Below, one piece after another: positions 9,845 to 20,303 of a DNA stretch of 64,000 nucleotides (position 1 is the first letter of the stretch; every line of letters begins with the position of its first letter). Source of the DNA: Spirochaetia bacterium (lineage in GTDB: Bacteria > Spirochaetota > Spirochaetia > SZUA-6 > Bin103). The translations under genes and the position numbers were made by a program. The notes below the pieces were generated by a model that was not told the origin of the DNA, ran no database searches, and saw only the letters and a list, made by a program, of their open reading frames with translations. The DNA lies in assembly GCA_965203055.1 (NCBI GenBank), contig OZ241863.1:1440001-1504000 (forward strand). Direction: 5' to 3'.

Positions 9845-10911
9845 TGATGATCGATCACGATCTCGCCGCGTTGCTGAAGGTTGCGCATGAGCGCGGCGAT
9901 CCGCCGCTGCGCCGCTTCCACTTCGCCGAGGCGGATTGCGCCCAGGCGCTCCATGGCATCCCGCAACAGCGCAGCCCCCCGCTTGGACATGTTGCGCAGC
10001 ACCCGGTCCAGGATCTCGGCATCTACCGCCTTCAGCGCGGCCGCCAGCTCCTGGCGGCTCACCTCGCGCAGCACCGCCCGCAAGGCCCGGTCGTCGAGCA
10101 GCAGCAAGTCCTCGAACGCGAACAGCCGCTGCTTGATCTCCTGCGCGAGTTCGGGATCTTCCTGCTCCAGCGCGTCGATGACGGTCTGTTCGCTGGCGCG
10201 ATCCATGAGATGGAAGATCTTCAGCGCAGTGTCGATGCCGCCGGCAGCCGCCGCCTCCGCCCTGGCCGAGGAGCCGGCCGCCCGCGCCAGTTTGTGCTGC
10301 AGCGCGCGTTCCACCTCGCGCACCACCTCCGGCGCCGCACGATCCAGGGTAGCAATGCGCCGCGCCACCTCGCCCTGCATGGCGTAGGGCAGGCGCGCCA
10401 GGAGCAGCGCGGCGACGCCGGGCTCCAGACAGGTCAGGACCAGGGCGACGGTCTGCGGGTGTTCTTCGCGCAGGAACGACACGACCTGCGCCGGGTCGGT
10501 GCGGCGCATGAAGCCGAAGGGGCGCGGGCGCAAGAGGCCGGCGACGCGGCTGACGACCGCTTCCGCCTGGTCGGCGCCGAGCGACCGTTCCAGAACCCCG
10601 CGCGCATAGTCGATGCCGCCGCCGGGCGCAGCGCCGCGCGCCAGCATCAGCTCCTGAAAATCCGCCAGCGTGCGAACCTGATCCTCCGGCGCCACCGCGC
10701 CCAACTGCGCGAGCTCCAGGGAAAGGTGCTCTATCTCTTCTTCATTGAGGTATTTGAAGATGTCCGAGGCAAGCTCGGAACCGAGCAGTACCAGAAGGAC
10801 CGCGGCCTTCCGGCTGCCGTCGAGGCGCCCGCCTTCGCCCGGCTCGTGATGCCCGGTGAGGTAGTCCCGGCGGGCCGTGTCGACCGGCTCGCCGCCGCCC
10901 GCCGTCGTCAT
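9841..10911 (-). CDS. fliG: Flagellar motor switch protein FliG
   Basis: KAAVLL, GGIDYA, EHPQTVALVL, FAFEDL, RNMSKR and GEVEAAQ motifs; 356 aa; GGAG RBS upstream. Confidence 0.93.
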   Translation of the reverse strand: MTTAGGGEPVDTARRDYLTGHHEPGEGGRLDGSRKAAVLLVLLGSELASDIFKYLNEEEIEHLSLELAQLGAVAPEDQVRTLADFQELMLARGAAPGGGIDYARGVLERSLGADQAEAVVSRVAGLLRPRPFGFMRRTDPAQVVSFLREEHPQTVALVLTCLEPGVAALLLARLPYAMQGEVARRIATLDRAAPEVVREVERALQHKLARAAGSSARAEAAAAGGIDTALKIFHLMDRASEQTVIDALEQEDPELAQEIKQRLFAFEDLLLLDDRALRAVLREVSRQELAAALKAVDAEILDRVLRNMSKRGAALLRDAMERLGAIRLGEVEAAQRRIAALMRNLQQRGEIVIDHH

Positions 10912-11063
10912 ACGAGGCTCTCCTCCGCCGCCGGCGCCCGCGGGTCAGGTGGCAGGCGGCGCGGCGATGGTATACTGAGAAATCCGCCCCGGCAACCGGT
11001 AGTGCGGCGCCGGGGACGCGGGGCGGCGAGCCGGGAATACCTGACTTGCGATCTACCGGCGGT

Positions 11064-11330
11064 CTACCAACGCGAACGGTCTTCCCGCGGCCGCGCTTCG
11101 GCTACGGTAATCCGGCGGCCATCGAGATCGGTCTCGTTCAACGCGTTGACGGCCGCCGCCGCTTCCGCCGGTGAGCTCATCTCCACGAATCCGAACCCGC
11201 GCGACTGGCCGGTGAACTTGTCGGTAACCACGCGCGCCGACTCGACGGTTCCGTGAGCGGCGAAGACTTCTTCCAGACGATCATCCGTGACCGCGTAGGG
11301 GAGGCCGCCGACGAACAGCTTCTTGTTCAT
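11064..11330 (-). CDS. Single-domain RRM RNA-binding protein
   Basis: RNP2 LFVGGL and RNP1 RGFGFVEM; purine-rich RBS. Confidence 0.95.
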   Translation of the reverse strand: MNKKLFVGGLPYAVTDDRLEEVFAAHGTVESARVVTDKFTGQSRGFGFVEMSSPAEAAAAVNALNETDLDGRRITVAEARPREDRSRW

Positions 11331-11512
11331 GTCCTTCTTCTCCTGAGTTCACTTCAGCCTTGCACCTTATATTCATTGCATACCGCGACAACGGGTGGCA
11401 GTCAGTCTTGAATGACGGCAGGGTATGTCGACCAAACAGGTACTGCGTCTCCGTGCCCCGCAGGGGGCGCGCGACCGTGCGGTGGGAGGGAGTGAACTAT
11501 CCTTGCCGCCTA

Positions 11513-11541
11513 AGCATAGGCCGTTTTGCGCCCGCGGTCAA
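11513..11541 (-). promoter_or_regulatory. Sigma70-type promoter for the RRM gene
   Basis: Minus strand TTGACC (11541-11536), 17-nt spacer, TATGCT (11518-11513). Confidence 0.7.
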
Positions 11542-11684
11542 CTGCCGTTTACGCAGTAATTCCGCGCTATCGGCGGCCGCGCCCGCGCCGCGCGCCGGCC
11601 GGGAGCCGCCGGCAGCGGTGCGGCGGGTGCGGTGTTCCGGGTGTTGACGAGGCGGCGCAAGGCGGTGCACCGTACCGTCAGTCG

Positions 11685-11758
11685 GGGCGGTTAGCTCAGT
11701 TGGCTAGAGCACTAGCTCGACACGCTAGGGGTCACTGGTTCGAGTCCAGTACCGCCCA
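11685..11758 (+). tRNA. tRNA-Val (anticodon GAC), CCA not encoded
   Basis: Acceptor GGGCGGT/ACCGCCC plus A discriminator; D stem GCTC/GAGC; anticodon stem CTAGC/GCTAG with loop TCGACAC; T arm ACTGG-TTCGAGT-CCAGT. Confidence 0.95.
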
Positions 11759-11793
11759 TGATCGATCCTGGAAGCAATACGCAAACGTCATCC

Positions 11794-12522
11794 ATGCAAG
11801 ATAGTTCGCTGCTGGCACCGCGCGGCGGGGAGGGTCACCGCGGGCGCGGCCAGAGACCGCGCTCCGCTCGGCCGCGCGGCTTGGCGCTGTCCAAGGAAGC
11901 CATCAACGCCCTCCCGCTCGGCGGATTCACCGGCCGCATCGAGGTAGTCGAATCCGCCGCCGCGGCGGGCGCCTGCGCGGCGCTGTATGCCGGCGCCGCG
12001 CTTGGCGGCGGGCGCGTGCTCGGCTTCGACACCGAATCCCGCCCGGCGTTTCGGCGCGGCGAGCGCCACCCGATCGCCCTGGTGCAACTGGCAACGGCGG
12101 AGCTGGCGTGCCTGTTCCGCATCGATCCGCAGGCGGGGCCGGCCGCGGCGCTGCGCGAGCTCCTGGAAGATGGGGCGGTGGTCAAGGTAGCGCAGGGCCC
12201 GGCCGACGAGCTGCGGGAGCTGCGCGAACGTTGGGGCATTGCGGCGCAGCCGGTGGCGGACCTGATTCCCGCGGCCCGCGCCGCCGGCTGCGCTCCCCTG
12301 AGCCTGCGCGGCCTGGCGGCGGCCTACCTGGGGATTCGCATCTCGAAGGGGGCGCAGACTTCCAATTGGGCGGCGCCGCGCCTGAGCGAGCGGCAGCAGC
12401 GCTACGCCGCGACCGATGCCTGGGCCTGCCGGGAGATCTACCGGGTCATGGGACGCTCCGCCGCCGCGGCGCCGCCGCTCCCGGGCGGCGCAACGGCGCC
12501 GCGCCGAGGAGCCGGACTATGA
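11794..12522 (+). CDS. DEDDy 3'-5' exonuclease (RNase D/WRN-like)
   Basis: ExoI LGFDTE; SKGAQTSNW..LSERQQRYAATDAW. Start 11794 chosen because ATG 11758 overlaps the tRNA. Confidence 0.9.
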   Translation: MQDSSLLAPRGGEGHRGRGQRPRSARPRGLALSKEAINALPLGGFTGRIEVVESAAAAGACAALYAGAALGGGRVLGFDTESRPAFRRGERHPIALVQLATAELACLFRIDPQAGPAAALRELLEDGAVVKVAQGPADELRELRERWGIAAQPVADLIPAARAAGCAPLSLRGLAAAYLGIRISKGAQTSNWAAPRLSERQQRYAATDAWACREIYRVMGRSAAAAPPLPGGATAPRRGAGL

Positions 12523-13199
12523 GGCCCACGCCACCGCGCCCGGTGCGCCGCCCGCGCCGCGCCGCCGCCGGCCGCGGGGGCGCGCTGCTCGCGGCGCTGG
12601 CGCTGGCCATGACGCTGGGCGCCTGCGTCAGCATCGAGTCGCGCTTCGTGTTCGACGCCGACGGGTCAGGCCGATTGCGGCTGCGCTATCATCTCGACCC
12701 GGTGCTGGCGGAACTCGGCAATGCGGCCGCGCCGGGAATGGCGGCGGCGCCGGCAACGCTGCCGTTGCCGATCTCCGAGCGCGACTTCCGCACTGCCGCG
12801 GCGGGGGTCGAGGGCCTGGATCTCATCGAGTACGATCGTACCGAGGACGAGGACACGGTGGTGGTAACGGCGACGTTGCGCTTCGACCGGGTGCGGCGGC
12901 TGGCCGAGCTGCCCAGCTTCGCCGACTTGCAGCCGCGCCTTGAGGGCAGCGATCCGGTCACCTTCGAGCTGGTGATCGGCGCCGCGGCCGCGGCGCCGGC
13001 GCTGGACGCCGAGACCTGGGAACTGCTGGCCATGTTGTTCGGCGACCACGTGGTGAGCTTCGTGGTGGAAGCGCCGCGCGAGATCCGCGAGGTCAGCAGC
13101 GGCGCGTTGAGCGCAGACCGGCGCCAGGCGACCGTCACGATACCGCTGGCGCGCTACGCGGCGCAGACCGAGCGTCAGGTCCTGACGGTGCGCTGGTGA
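12519..13199 (+). CDS. Hypothetical lipoprotein
   Basis: ATGA overlap with the exonuclease stop; Arg-rich N-region, hydrophobic stretch, lipobox LGAC. Confidence 0.75.
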   Translation: MRPTPPRPVRRPRRAAAGRGGALLAALALAMTLGACVSIESRFVFDADGSGRLRLRYHLDPVLAELGNAAAPGMAAAPATLPLPISERDFRTAAAGVEGLDLIEYDRTEDEDTVVVTATLRFDRVRRLAELPSFADLQPRLEGSDPVTFELVIGAAAAAPALDAETWELLAMLFGDHVVSFVVEAPREIREVSSGALSADRRQATVTIPLARYAAQTERQVLTVRW

Positions 13200-13285
13200 C
13201 GGCGGCGTCGCGGCCGGCCGCCGGGCAGCCGGCCGGAGGCGCGAATCGCGGTTGCGCGCGGCGCGGCAGGCGCGGCAGCGCCGTG

Positions 13286-13320
13286 TTGACAGACTCCGCG
13301 CCGGCCGCCACTATATTGAC
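13286..13320 (+). promoter_or_regulatory. Probable promoter of the V-ATPase operon
   Basis: TTGACA (13286-13291), 17 nt, CACTAT (13309-13314) within an AT-rich patch. Confidence 0.55.
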
Positions 13321-13470
13321 ATTCCCACGAGATCCTCGCAGGCGCGCCGCAGGACAACTCTGTTGCGCGCGGCTCGTACGACGGCATGGCGGCGGAGCGC
13401 GCCCCCGGCCACACCCGGCGAGTGAGGGCGTCGCCGGGCCGCAAGTAACTGAAGGGGGAGCACACCGCTC

Positions 13471-13779
13471 ATGGATGTCCTCAAGGACGTGAAGAACGCC
13501 GAAGCGGAGGCGGAGCAGATCGAGGCGCAGTACCGCCGGCGCGCCGCCGACTTGGCAGCGCGCAGCCGCGCTGACCTGGAGCGCGGGCGCCGCGAACGCC
13601 AGGCTGCCGTCGACGCCGAGTTGCAAGGGTATCGTGACGAACTGCGCCGCAAACTGGCGGCGGAGAAGAACCGCGTGCACGAAGCGGGCACCCGCGAGTT
13701 GGGGCGGCTCGAACGCCGCGCCGCGGCCCACCGCGACGCCGCGGTGGCCATCCTGCTCGACAAGCTGAACCAGCGATAG
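13471..13779 (+). CDS. V/A-type ATPase peripheral stalk subunit G/H (NtpF-like)
   Basis: 102-aa charged coiled-coil protein (VKNAEAEAEQI), first gene of the operon, GGGGAG RBS. Confidence 0.7.
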   Translation: MDVLKDVKNAEAEAEQIEAQYRRRAADLAARSRADLERGRRERQAAVDAELQGYRDELRRKLAAEKNRVHEAGTRELGRLERRAAAHRDAAVAILLDKLNQR

Positions 13780-13856
13780 GGTCTTCGAAGAATCGGCATG
13801 CAGGCAGCGCGCACCGCCCCCGTCGATCTCCGCAACGCCATGAACAGGCGCCGGCC

Positions 13857-15878
13857 ATGGCGATAGCCCGGCTCGTCAGGGCGCAGTTGGTGGCGCCGCG
13901 CGACGCCGTGGCGGACCTGCTGCGCTCCCTGGAACGAACGGCGCTGCTGCACGTCGACGACGTGCATGACGGCCTCCCCGAGGAGTTGGCGCAGTGGGAG
14001 CGCCGCACCGCCCTCGACACCGCGGCGGTGGATGGCACGCTGGCCGCGGCGCGCTGGATCCTCGACCTGTTTCAACGCTTCGCACCGCACAAGACCGGCT
14101 TGCTGGAGGATTTCTTCGGCTCCCCGCCGGCGGTGGACGAGGCTGAGTTCTCCGCCTTGGTGAACTCCGTGGACGTGCACGCCTACCGCGCCGAGCTGGA
14201 AGCGCGCGTGGCCGACTACGACGCGCTGGTGGCGGAGCTGGACGTGCTGCGCGAGCGCATCGCCGCGCTCACCCCGTGGGCCGAGTTGGGCGTGGACCTG
14301 GCCGCCCTCGGCCGCGGCAGCTATGCCGCGCTTACCGCGGTGCGCCTGCCGCTGGCCGCCCGCGCGCAGCTCGAGACGCTGTTGGCCGCGCGCGGCGGTC
14401 ACCTGCGCCTGGCCCCGGTCGGCGCCGCGGCCAAGGTGGCCTATGCCGTGGTGGTATCGCTGCCGGAGGATCTCGACGCGGTCGGCGCCGCGTTGCGGCA
14501 GGTGCGGGCGGAAGAGGTGGAGCTGCCCCGGCTGGACACCTCCGCCGCGGCGGCGTTGGACGCCGCCCGCGCCCGCAGCGCGGAGTTGGAACGGCGCCGC
14601 GCCGAGTTGGCCGCGGCCCTGGCGGGCGAAGCGCAGCGCCGCCGCTGGGCGCTGCAGGCGGTGGCCGACGAGTACGAGGGCCGCCGCCGCAGTCTGGACA
14701 CCCACGGGAGCATCTTCTATTCGCGCCATGCGGCGGTGATCGTCGGCTGGGTCGAAGAGAGCCGCAGCGGCGCCCTGGAGGCGCTGCTGTCCGGCCATCC
14801 GCGGGTTCGCTTCCGGCTGTCGGCGCCCGCCGCCGGCGACCGCCCCCCGGTGAAGCTCGTCAACCGCAAGCTGGTGGAGCCGTTCCAGACCCTGATCACC
14901 ATGTACGGCCTGCCGAACTACTTCGGCATCGACCCGACCCCGTTCGTGGCGGTCGCCATGACCGTGTTCTATGCCATCGCCCTGGGCGACTTCGGCTACG
15001 GCGTGCTGCAGATCCTGCTGGCGGCCTGGCTGCGGCGCCGCTTCCGGTCGGCCGGCGAGACGCGCCTGTTCCTCACCATGTTCGTATACATGGGCGCGGC
15101 GACCCTGGTGGTCGGGGTCCTGACCTGGAGCTTCTTCGGGTTTTCGCCGGGCGTCGGCGAGGATGGCAGCAAGTTCCTGGGGCTGCTGCCGCTGATCAGT
15201 CCGACGCGCGACATCATCCCGCTGATCGGCTTTGCCGTGGGCGTGGGCATATTCTTTCAGCTCGCCTCCATTACCGCCGGATTCATCAACCTGCTCAAGC
15301 GCGGCGATTGGCAGGGCGCCGTCTACGACAACCTGGCGTGGCTGGTGTTGCTGGCCGGCGGCCTGCTGGCGGTCGGCGGGATGTTCCTGGATCAGGCCGC
15401 GCTACGCGCCGCGGGAGCGGTCCTGGCGGCCGCGGGCGCGGTCACCATCGTGCTGTTCGCCGGGCGCGGCAGCGGCAACCTGGTCGCCCGCATCCTGGCG
15501 GGAGTGGTGTCGCTGTACGGCATCGTCGGCTACTACGGTCTGGTGGGCTTCTTTTCCGACGCGCTCTCCTACATGCGGCTGGCGATCCTCAACATGACGT
15601 CGGCGTTCATTGCCTTCGTGGCGCAGGTGATCGGCGGGTTGTTCCTGGGCGGCGGCTCGGTGCTGCTGGCGGTAATCGGCGCGCTGATCGGCGCGGTCAT
15701 CTTCGTGTTCTTTCATCTGCTCAACCTGGTGCTGTCGATGTTGGGCGCCTTCGTACATTCATTGCGATTGAACTATCTGGAGTCGTTTCAGCGCTATTAC
15801 CCGGAAGGGGGGAGGGCGTTTACGCCGTTCCAGCGCACGGGCCGGTTCTTCAGGCGGGCCGATAGTGAGCAGCAGTAG
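13857..15878 (+). CDS. ntpI: V-type ATPase subunit I
   Basis: MYGLPNY..IDPTP, GDFGYG, SDALSYMRL (essential Arg), VHSLRLNYLE. Confidence 0.95.
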   Translation: MAIARLVRAQLVAPRDAVADLLRSLERTALLHVDDVHDGLPEELAQWERRTALDTAAVDGTLAAARWILDLFQRFAPHKTGLLEDFFGSPPAVDEAEFSALVNSVDVHAYRAELEARVADYDALVAELDVLRERIAALTPWAELGVDLAALGRGSYAALTAVRLPLAARAQLETLLAARGGHLRLAPVGAAAKVAYAVVVSLPEDLDAVGAALRQVRAEEVELPRLDTSAAAALDAARARSAELERRRAELAAALAGEAQRRRWALQAVADEYEGRRRSLDTHGSIFYSRHAAVIVGWVEESRSGALEALLSGHPRVRFRLSAPAAGDRPPVKLVNRKLVEPFQTLITMYGLPNYFGIDPTPFVAVAMTVFYAIALGDFGYGVLQILLAAWLRRRFRSAGETRLFLTMFVYMGAATLVVGVLTWSFFGFSPGVGEDGSKFLGLLPLISPTRDIIPLIGFAVGVGIFFQLASITAGFINLLKRGDWQGAVYDNLAWLVLLAGGLLAVGGMFLDQAALRAAGAVLAAAGAVTIVLFAGRGSGNLVARILAGVVSLYGIVGYYGLVGFFSDALSYMRLAILNMTSAFIAFVAQVIGGLFLGGGSVLLAVIGALIGAVIFVFFHLLNLVLSMLGAFVHSLRLNYLESFQRYYPEGGRAFTPFQRTGRFFRRADSEQQ

Positions 15879-15911
15879 CTGCGGGCCCTCAACAGGGAGG
15901 AGTGAACAACC

Positions 15912-16406
15912 ATGATTTCGTTGGGATTCGCCATCGCGATCCTTGGCGGCGGGCTCGCGGCGGGCCTGGCCGCCTACGGGTCGTCGGTGGGCGTCGGTCT
16001 GGCCGGAGAGATGGCCGGCGGGGTGATTTCGGAGGATCCGGACAAGTTCGGCTCGATGCTGATCCTGCAGGCGCTGCCGGCCACGCAGTCGATCTACGGT
16101 CTGGTGGTGGCGATTCTGGTGCTGGTCAAGTTGGAAGGCTTCAGCCCCGCGCGCATGCTGGATCTGGATCTGGCCTCCGGGCTGGCGATCTTCGCCGCCT
16201 GCGTGCCGGCCATGTTCGGGGAGCTCATCTCCTCCATCTGGCAGGGCAAGGTGGCGGTGTCGTCGATGGGCGTGGTGGCGAAGAAGCCGGACGCCTTCGG
16301 ACGCGCGGTCATCATGCCGGTGCTGGTGGAGACGTTCGGGTTGTTCGCCCTGATCGCGACGATCATCATCCTGATGGTGGTCATCGAGCTTCCCGCCGCG
16401 GCCTAG
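15912..16406 (+). CDS. ntpK: V-type ATPase subunit K (4-TM proteolipid)
   Basis: LQALPATQSIYG, WQGKVA and VLVET motifs; 164 aa. Confidence 0.95.
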   Translation: MISLGFAIAILGGGLAAGLAAYGSSVGVGLAGEMAGGVISEDPDKFGSMLILQALPATQSIYGLVVAILVLVKLEGFSPARMLDLDLASGLAIFAACVPAMFGELISSIWQGKVAVSSMGVVAKKPDAFGRAVIMPVLVETFGLFALIATIIILMVVIELPAAA

Positions 16407-16419
16407 CGCGGCCGGTACC

Positions 16420-16986
16420 ATGGCCGAGAATATCGTCGACCAGATCCTGGCCGCAGCCCGCAACGCCGGCGAGCAGCTCCTCAGCGAGGCGCAGGAACGC
16501 TACGAGGCGGAGCTGCGCGCGGGCGCCGCGGAGCTGGAGCGCGAGGCCGAGGAGCAGCGCCGCCGCGGCCGGCGGCAGGCGGAGGAGGCGGCTCAGCAGG
16601 AGCTGTCCACCGCGCGCCTGGAGCAGCGCCGCAAGCTGCACACCAGCAAGCGTCGGCTGCTGGACGAAGTATACGACGCCGCGTGGCAGCGGATCACCGA
16701 AGAGGCCGGCTACCGGTCGTGGGTGGAGCGCCAGTTGCGCGCCCACGCCCGCCGCGGCGACCGGATCGTCGTGGCGGCGCGCGAACGCGACCGATTCGCC
16801 GGTAGCTTCAAGGAGCTACTTGCGGCCCACGGGGTGCGGCTTGCCGATGAAGTGGGCCGCTTCCGCGCCGGGTTCATCATCGAGCGCGGCAGCACCAGGC
16901 TGAACTGTTCGCTGGACGAGGAGTTCCGCATGCTGAAGACGGACGCCGAGATCGAGATCAGCGCTGCCCTGTTCCCGGCTGACTGA
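16420..16986 (+). CDS. ntpE: V-type ATPase subunit E
   Basis: Operon position, N-terminal coiled coil, 'AGFII..LNCSLD' C-domain. Confidence 0.85.
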   Translation: MAENIVDQILAAARNAGEQLLSEAQERYEAELRAGAAELEREAEEQRRRGRRQAEEAAQQELSTARLEQRRKLHTSKRRLLDEVYDAAWQRITEEAGYRSWVERQLRAHARRGDRIVVAARERDRFAGSFKELLAAHGVRLADEVGRFRAGFIIERGSTRLNCSLDEEFRMLKTDAEIEISAALFPAD

Positions 16987-17000
16987 AGGGGAGCGCGCCG

Positions 17001-18068
17001 GTGCCGGAAGCCGATTACAACTACCTGTACGGGTTGCTCCGCAGCCGCGAGGGGGAGCTGATCGACGGCGCGCGGCTGCGCGCCATGGTGGGCATGCAGT
17101 CGGTGGCAGAGTTGGGGCAGATCTATCCCGACTCGCCCTTCCTGAGCGCGTTCGCGCCCGATTTCGACGAGGCGAGCCTGGAGCGCGCCATCGCGGCCGA
17201 GCAGGAGGAGCTGCGGGCGCTGCTCGACCGTTATGCGCCGGAGCCGGCGCTGCGGGAGCTGCTGCTGGTGCCGCGCGACCTGTACAACCTGAAGGTGGCC
17301 CTGCGCCTGGATGCGCAGCCCCCGCAAGAGGCGGGTGACGAGGCCGCGGCAACGGTGGATGCGCTGTTCGGGCCGCCGGGTACGCGCCGCGCGGCCGCGA
17401 TTCGCGCCGCCGCGGCGGGTGAAGGGCCGGCGCTCATCACCGCCGGCGACACCGACCGCGCCAGCCGGGCGCTGGCCGGCATCCTGCAGCGGGCGCTGGC
17501 CGCGTTCTACGCCGCCGGCCGCAACGGGCAGGCGCTGGAGTTGGCCATCGACCGCCTGAGCCGCCTGTTCCAGACCGCCACCGCCGCCGCGGCGGCGCCG
17601 GAAGTGGGCGCGGTCTACGCCGACCACGCCGCGCTGGCGGCCGGCGAGCTGCTGGCGCGCGGGCGCGCCGCCGGGCTGTCCTGGGAGGTAGCGCGCTGGG
17701 GGCTGCTGGACCTGCCCGGCCAGGCCGACCTGGAGGAACTGTACGCCGCGCCGCCGGGCGAGTGGGGCGGCCGCCTGGCCGGCTTCAGCGGCGTGCTGCG
17801 CGCGCTGCTGGCCGCGGTCGCCGGCGGCGCCGAGACCGGCGCCGCGTTGCGCGCCCAACAGGAAGCGGTCGACCGGCGCGCCGCCGCCTGGCGGTTCAGT
17901 CCGCCGTCGTTCGCGTTCGCGGTGTACTACCTGCGCAAGAAGCGGGCCGATCTGGACGCGCTGCGCCTGATCTGCCTCGCCAAGTTGAAGGGCGTGTCGG
18001 AGGCGGCGATCGGCGCCCGCGTCGGCGGCCCGTTCATGGGCTTGGCGCAGGCCGCGCCGGCGGCGTAG
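17001..18068 (+). CDS. ntpC: V-type ATPase subunit C (d/AC39-like)
   Basis: DYNYL..LRSRE..LI, RDLYNLKVAL, YYLRKK..LRLI..AKL; position between E and F. Confidence 0.85.
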   Translation: MPEADYNYLYGLLRSREGELIDGARLRAMVGMQSVAELGQIYPDSPFLSAFAPDFDEASLERAIAAEQEELRALLDRYAPEPALRELLLVPRDLYNLKVALRLDAQPPQEAGDEAAATVDALFGPPGTRRAAAIRAAAAGEGPALITAGDTDRASRALAGILQRALAAFYAAGRNGQALELAIDRLSRLFQTATAAAAAPEVGAVYADHAALAAGELLARGRAAGLSWEVARWGLLDLPGQADLEELYAAPPGEWGGRLAGFSGVLRALLAAVAGGAETGAALRAQQEAVDRRAAAWRFSPPSFAFAVYYLRKKRADLDALRLICLAKLKGVSEAAIGARVGGPFMGLAQAAPAA

Positions 18069-18080
18069 GAGGCAGGATCG

Positions 18081-18455
18081 ATGTCCGACCGATCGCCGGC
18101 CTCCGCTACCTACCACATCGCCATGATCGGCGACAGCTCCACGGTGCGCGGCTTCGCCGCCGGCGGCGTGCACCCCTATCCGGCCGCGGCCAGCGAGCAG
18201 GCGCTGGCCACCCTGCGCGAGCTGGTGGCCGGCGGCAAGTACGCCATCATCTTCATCACCGAGGCGCTGGCGGAGCCGATCCTGGACACCATCAGCCGCC
18301 TGCGCACCGGCGCCATCCCGGCGGTGATCGTGGTTCCCGACCAGTCCGGCGCGCGCGGCCTCGGCTTCGAGAAGACCCGCCTCGCCGTGGAACGCGCCAT
18401 CGGCATCGACCTCCTCGGCCAGACCCGCCGGCGCCAGGCCGGCGAGCAGCAGTGA
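18081..18455 (+). CDS. ntpG: V-type ATPase subunit F
   Basis: IAMIGD..TVRGF..GV, YAIIFITE, VERAIGID. Confidence 0.92.
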   Translation: MSDRSPASATYHIAMIGDSSTVRGFAAGGVHPYPAAASEQALATLRELVAGGKYAIIFITEALAEPILDTISRLRTGAIPAVIVVPDQSGARGLGFEKTRLAVERAIGIDLLGQTRRRQAGEQQ

Positions 18456-18521
18456 GCGCGAGCGTGAGTCAATCGCCCAACGAATATGAGTGAATTATGA
18501 GTAAGGAAGGTACGAACGAAC

Positions 18522-20302
<1,781 letters not shown>

Positions 20303-20303
<1 letters not shown>

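Noticed and set aside
11685..11793. tRNA-Val as an integration site
   Set aside because: No integrase nearby, no duplicated tRNA 3' end noticed, and downstream genes look native.
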